In this document: positions 28,248-38,342 of the stretch, piece after piece
How positions within the stretch are numbered: position 1 is the first letter of the stretch
Layout: every line of letters begins with the position of its first letter
Origin: an uncultured Acidobacteriota bacterium
GTDB taxonomy: Bacteria; Actinomycetota; Acidimicrobiia; Spongiisociales; ZC4RG35
Assembly (NCBI GenBank): GCA_963822895.1
Contig: CAWGJI010000014.1
Coordinates: forward strand, 51,337 to 115,336
Reading direction: 5' to 3'
DNA: 64,000 bases
Position numbers and translations under genes: made by a program
The notes under the pieces: model-generated
Told to the model about the DNA's origin: nothing
The model's input: the letters and a program-made list of their open reading frames with translations, nothing else
The model's database searches: none

Positions 28248-29255
28248 TTACGCGAAGTCGGCGACGTTGTCGGGCGTCACCACCGCAGTGCCCGTGTCGA
28301 CGTTCGGCTCGACAGGATTGCCCAGGACGGCCTGGTAGAGAGTCTCCATGCCCAACTCACCCATCTTCGGTGGGAACTGGGCGATCGAGGCGTCCTCTCT
28401 GCCTTCCTGAATCGCGGTCACCTCATCGGGTAGCGCGTCGAAACCGACGACGACGATGTCCTCAGGTGCGATGCCCGCGTTGTCGATGGCCTCCATTGCG
28501 CCGAGGATCGGTGGGCCACATGCGCCGTAGATCGCATCTACGTCCGGGTTGGCGGTGAGGAGATCCTCAGCAGCCGAGACGCCCATGACTTGATCGCAGT
28601 CGGTCGGAGCCTGGCCGACAATGGTGATGTCGGCATCGCCCAGACCCTCGATCATCCCGTTGACACGGTCGTCGAGCGCAGGCACGCCAACTCGGCCTTC
28701 GAGGACAGCCAGTGTCGAGCCAGGCGCGAGGTTCTCCGCCAACCATTCACCAGCCAGCACGCCACCCTGGTAGTTGTTCGTTGCGACAACGGCAGTCTTC
28801 CCCGCCCAGTCGGGGAGGTCGTTGTCGATGAGGATGACCTCGACCCCTGCCTCGACCGCAGCATCCAATGCCGGGATGACGGCCTCACCGGTCGGTGTGA
28901 TGGCGATACCGTCCACACCCTGAGTCACCATCGACTCGATCAGGGCGATTTCTCCCTCGTCGTCGGAAGCCGACTCACCCATGCCCGTGATAAGCTCGAC
29001 ATCAGGGTGCTGGCTCGCCCATTCCTTTGCGGCATCCTCGATCACGAAGAAGAAGTCGACGGGGAACTTGGTGATCAGCCCCAGCTTGTACGTGTCGCCT
29101 GCGGGTTCGGTGTCCGAGACCGTGGTAGTAGTCACGGTTTCGGATGGTTCGGTTGCAGTAGTCGATGTTTCGTCGGTGCCTGCGCCGCCGCAGGCGACCG
29201 CAAGCATCGCGATAACGACGCTGACCAGCAGCCAACGCCCTTTTGTCCATTTCAT
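28248..29255 (-). CDS. Sugar ABC-transporter substrate-binding lipoprotein (ribose/xylose-type periplasmic binding fold).
   Basis: The signal and lipobox 'AVACGG' are followed by a Thr-rich linker. Confidence 0.8.
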   Translation of the reverse strand: MKWTKGRWLLVSVVIAMLAVACGGAGTDETSTTATEPSETVTTTTVSDTEPAGDTYKLGLITKFPVDFFFVIEDAAKEWASQHPDVELITGMGESASDDEGEIALIESMVTQGVDGIAITPTGEAVIPALDAAVEAGVEVILIDNDLPDWAGKTAVVATNNYQGGVLAGEWLAENLAPGSTLAVLEGRVGVPALDDRVNGMIEGLGDADITIVGQAPTDCDQVMGVSAAEDLLTANPDVDAIYGACGPPILGAMEAIDNAGIAPEDIVVVGFDALPDEVTAIQEGREDASIAQFPPKMGELGMETLYQAVLGNPVEPNVDTGTAVVTPDNVADFA

Positions 29256-29348
29256 CTCTGGTTGTTCCTCTCTGATAGGCCTGTTTCGGCATCTGCTTGC
29301 GCACCCGGCGAGCTTCGATGCCCGCGGGCTCGTCCCAACTTCACCTCC

Positions 29349-30107
29349 TCAGCTATCACCTCCCACGATCATCGAGACGATCTCATCGCGTGAGCTCTCG
29401 CTCGGGAGGACTTCGCCCACCTTGTGGCCCCGTCTCATGACCATCGCCCGGTCGGCGACCTCCATGACGTGATCCATGGCGTGGGAGATCACGACGACGG
29501 CTTTGCCATCGTCTCGGAGACGGTGGATCAGGTCGAGGACCCTGCGCGCTTCGCGGACACCCAGAGCCGCGGTGGGCTCGTCGAGAATCACCAGACGTGC
29601 GGCAAAGGCGGTAGCCCTCGCCACGGCGACGGCCTGACGTTGGCCCCCGGACATCAGACCCACGGGCGCTTCCAGGTCGGGAAGGGTGACCTGGAGTCTG
29701 TCGAGAACGTCCCTCGTCGCCAAGGCCATGCTCTTGGTCCGCAGCAGACGCATCCCCATCGGAAGCCAGCTGGGTCCGGCTGTTTCCCTGCCGGCATAGA
29801 AGTTCGCCGACGGGCTCAGGTTGTCGAAGAGAGCCAGGTCTTGATAGACGGTCTCGATCCCCAAGGCCCTGGCGTCGGATGGGTCGTGGAGATGAACCTC
29901 GCTTCCATCGACTTCGATCGTGCCTGAGTCGAGCTGATGGACTCCACTCATGCATTTGATCAGCGTCGATTTTCCTGCCCCGTTGTCACCGAGAATCGCC
30001 AAGACTTCCCCGGCACGAACATCCACGTTCACGTCGTCGAGGGCCAGGACCCCGCCGAAGCGCTTCGTCCCACCTCGGACGGCAAGCGTTGGGGTTCCTG
30101 CGCTCAC
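29349..30107 (-). CDS. ABC-transporter ATP-binding protein.
   Basis: The Walker A 'GDNGAGKST', the signature 'LSGGQRQ' and the Walker B 'ILDEPT' are present. The GTG start overlaps the permease stop in a GTGA. Confidence 0.75.
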   Translation of the reverse strand: MSAGTPTLAVRGGTKRFGGVLALDDVNVDVRAGEVLAILGDNGAGKSTLIKCMSGVHQLDSGTIEVDGSEVHLHDPSDARALGIETVYQDLALFDNLSPSANFYAGRETAGPSWLPMGMRLLRTKSMALATRDVLDRLQVTLPDLEAPVGLMSGGQRQAVAVARATAFAARLVILDEPTAALGVREARRVLDLIHRLRDDGKAVVVISHAMDHVMEVADRAMVMRRGHKVGEVLPSESSRDEIVSMIVGGDS

Positions 30108-31208
30108 GTTCGGGCCGCCTGCATCAGGCGGAGCCGGTCTTCGAGTCGTCCCCGGAGCACGTCCGATTCGACGGCGACCAGGATCACCACACCCAGGACG
30201 ATCAATTGGAAGAAGGCATCGAGGTTGGCCAGGTTCATGGCGTTGCGGATGACTCCGATCATGATCGCCCCGACGATCGCATGGCCCACCTTTCCCCGAC
30301 CGCCGAGGAAGCTCGCCCCGCCAATGATGACAGCAGCGATGGCATCGAGCTCCGCGAGATTCCCGAATGTTGGGGCCCCTGCGTTGGTCCGCCCTGCGGT
30401 CAGGATCCCTGCGATGCCGGCGGCCAGCCCACTGAATGCATAAACCGAGATGAGGATCGCCGAGGTTGGTATCGCCGTCCGCCTTGCCGCCTCCGGGTTG
30501 CCCCCAACCGCATAGATCCACCGTCCCCACACGACCCGGTGCAGGAGCATCCAGACCGCGAACACGACCGCTACGACCACGAAAGTGGAGATGGGAAGCC
30601 AGCCGAGAATGGAGTCGCCTCCCACGGATCGGATGATCGGCGGCATGCCCTGGATGGGTCGGCCGTCCGATAGCCAGAGGGCGAGCCCCCTTGCCAAAGT
30701 GAGCGTTGCAAGCGTGACGATGAAGGGATGAGGTATCTGACCTTTCACGAAGAGCACGCCGTTGAACAGGCCGACCACGAGACCAGTCCCGAGCATGAGG
30801 GCGATGACCAGGATGCTCGGAGCCCCCTGCCTGGAAGACCACCGCTCCGACGACAGTCGCCAGGGCCAGGACGGAGCCGACAGACAGGTCGATGCCCCGA
30901 GTGATGATGACGAGCAGCTGACCCAGGGAGAGCACTGAGATGACGGCGGTCTGGGCGAGGACGTTCCCGATGTTGCGGGTGGTGAGGAAGACCGGGACCA
31001 GGAGCGATATCACGACGATCAGGGCAATGAGAATGAGGAGTGGGCCCGCCCGGAGCATGAGGAGAGCGACTTTTAGGGACCCCTCCAGTGACGGAGCCTG
31101 CTCGTCGCCCCGCCCGGTCGCTTCGCTGCCGGTCCTCGTTTCGGCAGACCGGGGGTCTGCCGTCTCGTTCAGGTCGGAGTCCCTTGAGCTCGTCACTGAA
31201 TCTGACAA
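30104..31208 (-). pseudogene. Ribose-type ABC permease disrupted by a +1 frameshift in a C5/G5 homopolymer.
   Basis: The N-terminal half lies in the frame of the 29349..31208 track ORF and the C-terminal half in the 30104..30796 frame. Removing one C from the C5 run at ~30823-30827 restores '...FQAGAPSILVIALMLGTG'. Confidence 0.6.
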
Positions 31209-31318
31209 CCTATCTGCCTCCTCTTGCGGCGAGTGATCGGGTGTATGTGTCCGATATTGGCCCGCTCGGCCCTCATTTGGCTACAATAGGATCTCAAACA
31301 TAGGATGTCTAGTGGAAT

Positions 31319-32027
31319 GTGAGGAGACTGGTGTCGGCTCCGTTGACTGAAGCGGCGATACGTCAGATCCGCGAGTTGATTGCCAGCGGCCAACTCCTCC
31401 CCGGTTCGAAACTCGCCCCCGAGGCGGAGCTCGCTCTGAGTCTCGGTGCATCCCGGAACACCGTCAGGGAGGCCGTCCGCGGGCTCGTGATGGCGGGAGT
31501 CCTCGATGTTCGTCGTGGTGATGGGACCTATGTGACCAGTCTGCGCCCCGAGCAGTTGCTGGAGGGGATAGGTGCGGCGGCAGAGCTCATGTCCGAGGAC
31601 TTCTCCCTGGAATTGGTCCAAGTGCGCCGAATACTCGAGCCGGCGGCGACGGCATTGGCCGCGATGAGGATCGACGAGAGAGGCAATCGCAGAGCTGCAG
31701 ACGTTGCTCGACCGGATGCGCACAGCCGAGACCGAGGAGGCGCTGGTGCAGATGGACTCCGACTTCCATGCCGTGGTCGCCGCGGCCTCGGGGAACGTCA
31801 CACTCGCTTCCATGCTCGGTGGCGTCTCGATTCGGACGACTCGATCGCGAATATGGCGCGGCATCATCGAGGATGACGCCAAGGCTCAGACGATCGCACA
31901 ACACGCTGAGATCCTCCGCGCCCTACACGAGCGCGATCCGATCCTCGGAGAGGCCGCCGCTCTGGTTCACGTCGCGACGACCGAGGCCTCGGTGCGGCGA
32001 ATGATCGACGCATCGGGTAAGGGATGA
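31319..32027 (+). pseudogene. GntR/FadR-family regulator split by a +1 frameshift.
   Basis: The HTH half is in 31319..31876 and the FCD half in 31704..32027 in a different frame. Deleting one nt near 31680 restores 'RIDERAIAELQTLLDRM'. Confidence 0.6.
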
Positions 32028-32103
32028 TTGGCCCGCCCGGTCCGCTCCGGCCGTGTAGCGCCTGAGAAAGGGCTGTTCGCTGCCACCGGCGTGGTTACCG
32101 CGC

Positions 32104-32868
32104 TCAGCGTCCCATCCATCCGCCGTCGACGATCAGGACGGTGCCATGAACGTAATCAGACGCCGAGGAGGCGAGGAAGACGGCGGCACCGGTCATATCG
32201 TCGGCGGTTCCCCAGCGGCCCGCGGGAATCCGCTCCAGGATCGCCGCCGATCTGACGGGGTCGTTGCGCAGGGCTTCGGTGTTGTCGGTCTCCATGTAGC
32301 CCGGGGCGATGGCGTTCACATTCACCCCATGGGACGCCCACTCGTTGGCGAGGGCTCTGGTGAGCCCGGCGATGCCGCTCTTCGAGGCCGTGTATCCCGG
32401 CACGGTGATGCCACCCTGGAAGCTGAGTAGCGAGGCGGTGAAGATGATTTTCCCGGACTGCCGTTCGACCATCTGCCGGCCGAGCTCGCGGGCGAGGATG
32501 AAAGGCGCGCTCAGGTTCACCTCGATTACATGATCCCACTCGTCGTCGCCGTGCTCGGTCGCGGGCCGTCGGATGATCGTGCCGGCGTTGCTCACCAGGA
32601 TGTCGATCGCCTGCCCCGCTTCGCCGAGCCATTCGATGAGGTTGTAGAGCGACTCGCGGTCGGAGAGGTCGCATCTCCGTCCGATGAAGGTTGATCCTTC
32701 GGCCTCCACTCGCTCCTGCACTTCCGAGCCTGTCTCTTCCTGGCCGGCAGAGACGGCTATCACGTCAGCACCGGCCCTGGCGAGCCCGACAGCCATCGCT
32801 TTGCCAAGGCCTCGTCGAGCACCTGTCACGAGGGCCGTCTTGCCACTCAGATCGATTACATAGGCCAA
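32104..32868 (-). CDS. SDR-family oxidoreductase, KduD-like.
   Basis: 'TALVTGARRGLG' and 'YTASKSGIAGLTRALA' are SDR motifs. Confidence 0.75.
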   Translation of the reverse strand: MAYVIDLSGKTALVTGARRGLGKAMAVGLARAGADVIAVSAGQEETGSEVQERVEAEGSTFIGRRCDLSDRESLYNLIEWLGEAGQAIDILVSNAGTIIRRPATEHGDDEWDHVIEVNLSAPFILARELGRQMVERQSGKIIFTASLLSFQGGITVPGYTASKSGIAGLTRALANEWASHGVNVNAIAPGYMETDNTEALRNDPVRSAAILERIPAGRWGTADDMTGAAVFLASSASDYVHGTVLIVDGGWMGR

Positions 32869-32878
32869 TCGAGCCTCC

Positions 32879-33631
32879 CTACTTCGCCAGGTAGGAGGTG
32901 ACGCTTGCCAGGTCGGCGACCAGACGTTCCTCGAGCTGGGGCGTGAGTCGATCCTTGAACAGGGTGGTGCTCACCGCGTACCGGGGCTCGTCCCCCTGAG
33001 TCTTGACCGCCACAGCCAGGCAGACCACGTTGGGTGCCGCCTCCTCGTTGTCGATCGCATGACCGCGTTCGCGGATGTTTGCCAGGTCCTCTGATAGCGA
33101 CGCCAGGGTGGCGTGGGAGCGATCTGTGAGACGGCGGAGCGGCTCGGTGAGAGTCGCCGCCAGCTCATCGGGGTCGAGCATGGCGAGCATCGCCTTTCCG
33201 ATCGCCGTCGACGATGCGGGAAGCCGCTTCCCGACGCCGGACGTGAGCGCAATCGGCTGGACACCGTCGTGGCGAGCGAGGAACAAGACGTCTTCTTCTT
33301 CGAGGATGGCGAGTTGGGAAGTCTCGCTCGATAGGGCATCGAGCGTTGGGACGAAGTCGCGAAAGCGTTGGACTGCATCGTCGCTGCGGAGAAACACCGA
33401 GGCGAGCTCTACCACGGTAGGGCCGATCGAGAATCCGGCGCCCGTGCGGCGGGCCAGCCCGGTTTCGACCAGGGCGGCGAGGATGTTGGTGACCGACGAG
33501 TGGGGTATGCCGGTGGCACGAGCGATCTCCGAGATCCTCGGGTAGGAGTCGGGCTGGCTCGAGATGACGTCGAGGACGGCCGCGGCACGAACGACGGCGG
33601 GAGCGGGCGTGCCCGGTGCAGCAGAACTCAT
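32879..33631 (-). CDS. IclR-family transcriptional regulator (KdgR-like).
   Basis: An N-terminal winged HTH is followed by an IclR effector domain. Its ATG at 33631 sits in an ATGA with an out-of-frame TGA. Confidence 0.7.
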   Translation of the reverse strand: MSSAAPGTPAPAVVRAAAVLDVISSQPDSYPRISEIARATGIPHSSVTNILAALVETGLARRTGAGFSIGPTVVELASVFLRSDDAVQRFRDFVPTLDALSSETSQLAILEEEDVLFLARHDGVQPIALTSGVGKRLPASSTAIGKAMLAMLDPDELAATLTEPLRRLTDRSHATLASLSEDLANIRERGHAIDNEEAAPNVVCLAVAVKTQGDEPRYAVSTTLFKDRLTPQLEERLVADLASVTSYLAK

Positions 33632-34660
33632 CGCGAGTCCACCAAGGAGCTTGACGATCTCCTCCCCTGAACCGAGGCGCTCGATTGCCTTCGGCATGTC
33701 CTCAAGCGGCACGACGTCGGTGATCAGCGAGTCGACGGGTATCACGCCCGTGGCGATCAGACCGACCGCATCCTCGAAATCGCGGCGCTCGTAGACCCTG
33801 GCCCCGCGTAACTCGAGTTCCTTCCAAAAGACGGCCATGAAGTCGACAGGAGGCGGTTGGGTGTGGATCGCCACGATGACGCCGCGGCCGCGCACGGCCA
33901 ACACATCGGTGAGCGCACGAACCCCGGACAACGAGCCCGAGACCTCAAAAGCCTTGTCGGCGCCTCTCCCGCCGGTCCACTCGTGGACTGTCTCGGCCAG
34001 GGTGTCGACGGTTGGATCGACGGTACGCAATCCCAGCTTGCCGGCGAGTCCGCGACGAAACGCCGACACTTCGGAGAGGAGGACATCGGCGCCGGCATTC
34101 GTGGCCACGAGTGAGATGAGTAGGCCGATCGGCCCGCCGCCGATCACGACGACCTGATCCGACGCTTTCACTTCACCACGACGAACATCATGCACCGCAA
34201 CGGCAGTCGGCTCGGTGAGGCTCGCCGCTTCGAGAGGCACATCGTCGGGGAGGCGGACGAGTAGTCGGGCTGGGACGTTCCAGTGTTGTTGAAGGGATCC
34301 TGGAGAGTCGATCCCGACGAAGTCGAGGTTGTGGCAGACGTGGTTGTGCCCGACGTCACACGCCGGGCAGTCGTCACACCAATCGAGCGGCATCACCGTT
34401 ACGTGATCGCCGCTGCGCCAATCGGCGACGTTCGATCCGACCGAATCGATCGTCCCCGACATCTCGTGTCCTATCGGCCACGGTGAGGTGACTCGTTGAT
34501 CCATGGCGCCGTGCGCGATCTTGAGGTCGGTGCCGCAGATCCCGGTGAAGGCCACGGCGATCCTGACCTCATCTGGGCCAGGCTCGATCGGCTCATACGA
34601 TCGCGGCTGGAAAATCCCATTGCCGTGATAGTCGATTGCAAGAGAACGCCATGGCCGAGT
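33632..34660 (-). CDS. Zinc-dependent alcohol dehydrogenase (medium-chain family). It has no in-frame stop before the IclR gene and no canonical start in frame.
   Basis: 'GICGTDLKIAHG' and 'GGGPIGL' are medium-chain ADH motifs. The 743-aa track ORF fuses this gene to the IclR gene. An ATG-GCG start exists only in the +1 frame. Confidence 0.5.
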
Positions 34661-34717
34661 GCCAGTATACTGCAGGATTAACAGTATATTGTCACCATAG
34701 AGTCGCCAAGGACTGCA

Positions 34718-35389
34718 ATGGCCCGTCACACGAAGACCCAAGTGCTCGACACGGTCGCCCGGGAGGGTGTCATCCCGGTGTTCCACCATCCGGACGTTGG
34801 GACCGTGATCGAAGTGGCCAACACACTGGTGGGAGGCGGACTCACCACGCTGGAATTCACCAACCGCGGCGATGGCGCCATCAGCGTGCTCGGCGAGCTG
34901 ATCGCATGGGCGCAAAGAGAGCGCCCCGAGTTGATCGTTGGCGCCGGCTCGATCGTCGACGGAGCATCGGCAGCCCATGTTCTCGATCTCGGTGCCAGCT
35001 TTGTCTTCGCCCCGAGCTTCTCTGAGGATGTAGCCGATGCCTGCAATGTGCGCAATGTGCCTTACGTCCCCGGATGTGGCACCGTCACCGAGATTCTCCG
35101 TGCGTACCAAGCCGGATGTGATCTGGTCAAGCTGTTCCCGGCCGATTCAATCGGCGGCCCCAACTTCCTCAGGGCGGTGCGGGCCCCGTGTCCTTGGGTC
35201 CGTGCGATACCGACCGGCGGGGTCGAGCCAACGGCTGTCTCACTGCGCCCTTGGTACGAAGCCGGTGCTCCGGCGGTGGGTATCGGGTCGAAGCTGCTTT
35301 CGAAGGATCTGATTGGTGACCGTGACTTCGAGGGTCTTCAGAAGCGGGTCGCCGCCACGGTGAGCGCGGTGGCCGAGGCCAGGAGCTGA
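34718..35389 (+). CDS. eda: KDPG/KHG aldolase.
   Basis: 'EGVIPVFHH...LTTLEFTNR...GAGSIV' is the Eda-family signature. Confidence 0.8.
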   Translation: MARHTKTQVLDTVAREGVIPVFHHPDVGTVIEVANTLVGGGLTTLEFTNRGDGAISVLGELIAWAQRERPELIVGAGSIVDGASAAHVLDLGASFVFAPSFSEDVADACNVRNVPYVPGCGTVTEILRAYQAGCDLVKLFPADSIGGPNFLRAVRAPCPWVRAIPTGGVEPTAVSLRPWYEAGAPAVGIGSKLLSKDLIGDRDFEGLQKRVAATVSAVAEARS

Positions 35390-35438
35390 GCGATGGCCCT
35401 CAGCATCAAGTCACGCCGACTCCGCTCGATGGGACTGC

Positions 35439-36491
35439 GTGAGCGTTGGCGAAGTGATGCTCCGCCTCGATCCGGAGTGGGGGCGGGTACGGACGGCCCG
35501 ACATTTCAGGGTCACCGAAGGCGGAGGGGAATACAACGTCTCTCGTGCCCTTCGCAAGGTCTTCGGCATGAGGACGGCAGTGGTCACGGCACTGGTCGAC
35601 AACGAGGTCGGTCATCTCGTGGAGGACCTGATGATGACTGGTGGAGTCGACCTACGTCACGTCAAGTGGGTTCCTCATGACGGGATCGGGCTCGAGTCGC
35701 GGGTGGGACTCAACTTCACCGAGAAGGGTTTCGGTATCCGTCCCGCACTTGGTGTGTCCGACCGGGCCAACACCGCCGTCTCGCAACTCGTGCCGGGCGA
35801 CATCGACTGGAACCAACTCTTTGACGTGGAGGGAGTGCGTTGGCTTCACACAGGCGGCATCTTCGCTGCCTTGTCCGAGACGACTGCGGAGGTCGCCCTC
35901 GAAGCCATGCAAGCTGCGCACGCTGCCGGCACGGTTGTCTCTTACGACCTCAACTATCGACCGTCGCTGTGGAAGCCTCGAGGTGGCCGAGCCCGTGCCA
36001 TCGAAGTGAACCGCATGCTGGCTCCACACGTCGACGTCATGATCGGCAACGAGGAGGATTTCACGGCAGCGCTCGGATTCGAAGTGCCGGAGCTCGACGA
36101 GGAGATCACCAGTCTCGACCCCTCGGCGTTCAAGGCGATGATCGGGGACGTCATCGCCCGGTTTCCCAATCTGGAGATGGTCGCCACGACCATGCGAAAC
36201 GCGAAGTCAGCCGGTTTCAACGACTGGGGCGCAATCCTCTATGCAGACGGAATGTTCCATGAGTCCCGTCTTCGTCCCGACCTGGAGATATTCGACCGGG
36301 TCGGCGGTGGCGACGGTTTCGCCAGCGGCATGATCTGGGCGCTTCTCGACGGTCGCCACGTTTCCGAAGCGGTCGAAGTCGGGGCTGCCCATGGCGCGTT
36401 GACCATGACGACACCGGGCGACACGTCGATGGTGACCGTGGATGAGGTGATGAGGGCGGTCACCGCCCACGGCGCTCGGGTGGTGCGATGA
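35439..36491 (+). CDS. kdgK: PfkB-family sugar kinase (2-dehydro-3-deoxygluconokinase-like).
   Basis: The PfkB motifs 'GGGEYNV' and 'DRVGGGDGFASG' are present, with a GTG start. Confidence 0.75.
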   Translation: MSVGEVMLRLDPEWGRVRTARHFRVTEGGGEYNVSRALRKVFGMRTAVVTALVDNEVGHLVEDLMMTGGVDLRHVKWVPHDGIGLESRVGLNFTEKGFGIRPALGVSDRANTAVSQLVPGDIDWNQLFDVEGVRWLHTGGIFAALSETTAEVALEAMQAAHAAGTVVSYDLNYRPSLWKPRGGRARAIEVNRMLAPHVDVMIGNEEDFTAALGFEVPELDEEITSLDPSAFKAMIGDVIARFPNLEMVATTMRNAKSAGFNDWGAILYADGMFHESRLRPDLEIFDRVGGGDGFASGMIWALLDGRHVSEAVEVGAAHGALTMTTPGDTSMVTVDEVMRAVTAHGARVVR

Positions 36492-36719
36492 AACCCGCCA
36501 CCCATTCGCAGGTGGGGATGCCACCTCGCCGCCTGGCCGAACGCCGCCTCCCCAACGATGCCCGGTGCAACCTCGTCCGAGGCTCGGGCCAGAGAGCCCT
36601 ACACGCTGTACAGCTGGAGTGGTGCCTGACCGTGACTTGTCACCTAACTACCTAACGGCCCGAATCCCCAACAACCACGGTCTTCACAAGGCAGCACGCC
36701 CTGATTCGTTGAGGGGGGA

Positions 36720-38335
36720 CCGCTGTCGCTGACGAGGTGGTCACGCTGTGGCAACAGCATTGGCGGGGGTGCCACTCTGGTCGCGAGAATGAGACTCGGA
36801 GCTCTCGGTCCCTGACCAAGCTGAAGGCTCATGCCGATCGAGACGCAAATCGAATGCCGGAGGGAAGCCTGTTGTCACGCATGCAGAGTCACATGTTGAT
36901 TTCTTCATGAGCCGTCCCGCCAATGCTCTTTCAGTGGGAATCATCGGCGGGGGCATTCTCGGGCTGGCAGTCGGCCGCGAGCTCACGAAACGCAATCCGG
37001 GCATCGAGGTCGTCGTCTTCGAAAAAGAGAGACGGCTGGCGGTCCACCAGACCGGGCACAATTCCGGTGTCGTCCACGCCGGCATCTACTACAAGCCTGG
37101 TTCCCTCAAGGCTCAGCTCTGCGCGCGGGGGAGGACCCTGCTCCGCGAATACTGCGCCGAGCACCAGCTTCCATACGACCAATGCGGGAAGCTGGTCGTG
37201 GCCGTCGACCCATCCGAGATGGGCCGGCTGGAGAACCTGGAGAAGACTGCCTCCGAGAACGGTGTGCCCGGTCTCAGGCGGGTCGATGGCGGCGAGATCG
37301 CCGAGATCGAGCCACACGCTGCAGGGCTGGCCGCGCTTCATTCTCCGACCACGGCCATCACCGACTATGTCGCAATCGCACGATCGTATGCACGCGACAT
37401 CGAGGAGGCAGGGGGGCGGATCCTGCTTTCGTCCCAGGTGACAGGCATCGAGCGCCGGGTCGGGTCGATCGAGGTGCGGACCGAACGAGATGCGCGCAAG
37501 GTGGGTCGGCTGGTGGTCTGCGCGGGTCTCCAGTCAGACCGGGTCGCCGAGCCGGTGGACGGCGAGAGCGCCCCACGAATTGTCCCTTTCCGAGGGGAGT
37601 ACATGAAGGTGGTCGACTCCAAGCGCGACCTGGTGCGAGGATTGATCTATCCAGTACCCGATCCTCGCTACCCGTTCTTGGGCGTTCATTTCACCTCCAT
37701 GGTTTCCGGCGACCTGGAGGTCGGCCCCAATGCCGTGCTTGCGCTGAAACGCGAGGGCTATCGCAGACGGGACGTGAATCTCGCAGATGTTGGCAGCATC
37801 GTCTCTTGGCCGGGGTTTTGGCGTATGGCTGCATCGAATTGGCGAGCAGGCATCGAAGAAGTCTGGGGCTCGATCTCCAAACGCGCCTACATGAAGAAGG
37901 CCAGTCGCTATGTGCCCGAGATCGGCCCAGACGATGTGGTCAGGGCGAGAGCCGGGGTGCGGGCCCAAGCGCTCGATCGGGACGGGTCGTTGGTCGACGA
38001 TTTCAGGATCTTCGAGAGCGATGGGGTGCTCACGATCCGCAATGCCCCATCGCCGGGGGCCACATCGAGTCTCGCCATCGCCGAGTACATCGTCAATCAG
38101 ATGAAAGACTTCCGGTGAGCGCCATCGATGGTCTTGGCCCCCCGGGTGGTGGGCGATACCGACGACGGATATTTCGATGTGGACACGAGTCTCGAAAGGG
38201 CGGCACTCGTGGCGTCCTGACTACGGAGTCGATTTGAAATCGTCGCCGGTTTGACCGTTGTTTGACGCCGCCAACCGGACTCAGCGGAATCCACAACAAC
38301 CACAGCAGCCCCCGGCCCAACATGTCCTAGTTCGT
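36720..38335 (+). repeat. lhgO segment, copy 2.
   Basis: It is homologous to 14640..16290. Confidence 0.8.
36907..38118 (+). CDS. lhgO: L-2-hydroxyglutarate oxidase, copy 2.
   Basis: It is a 403-aa near-identical paralogue of 14837..16057. Confidence 0.7.
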   Translation: MSRPANALSVGIIGGGILGLAVGRELTKRNPGIEVVVFEKERRLAVHQTGHNSGVVHAGIYYKPGSLKAQLCARGRTLLREYCAEHQLPYDQCGKLVVAVDPSEMGRLENLEKTASENGVPGLRRVDGGEIAEIEPHAAGLAALHSPTTAITDYVAIARSYARDIEEAGGRILLSSQVTGIERRVGSIEVRTERDARKVGRLVVCAGLQSDRVAEPVDGESAPRIVPFRGEYMKVVDSKRDLVRGLIYPVPDPRYPFLGVHFTSMVSGDLEVGPNAVLALKREGYRRRDVNLADVGSIVSWPGFWRMAASNWRAGIEEVWGSISKRAYMKKASRYVPEIGPDDVVRARAGVRAQALDRDGSLVDDFRIFESDGVLTIRNAPSPGATSSLAIAEYIVNQMKDFR

Positions 38336-38342
38336 CGGCGCG

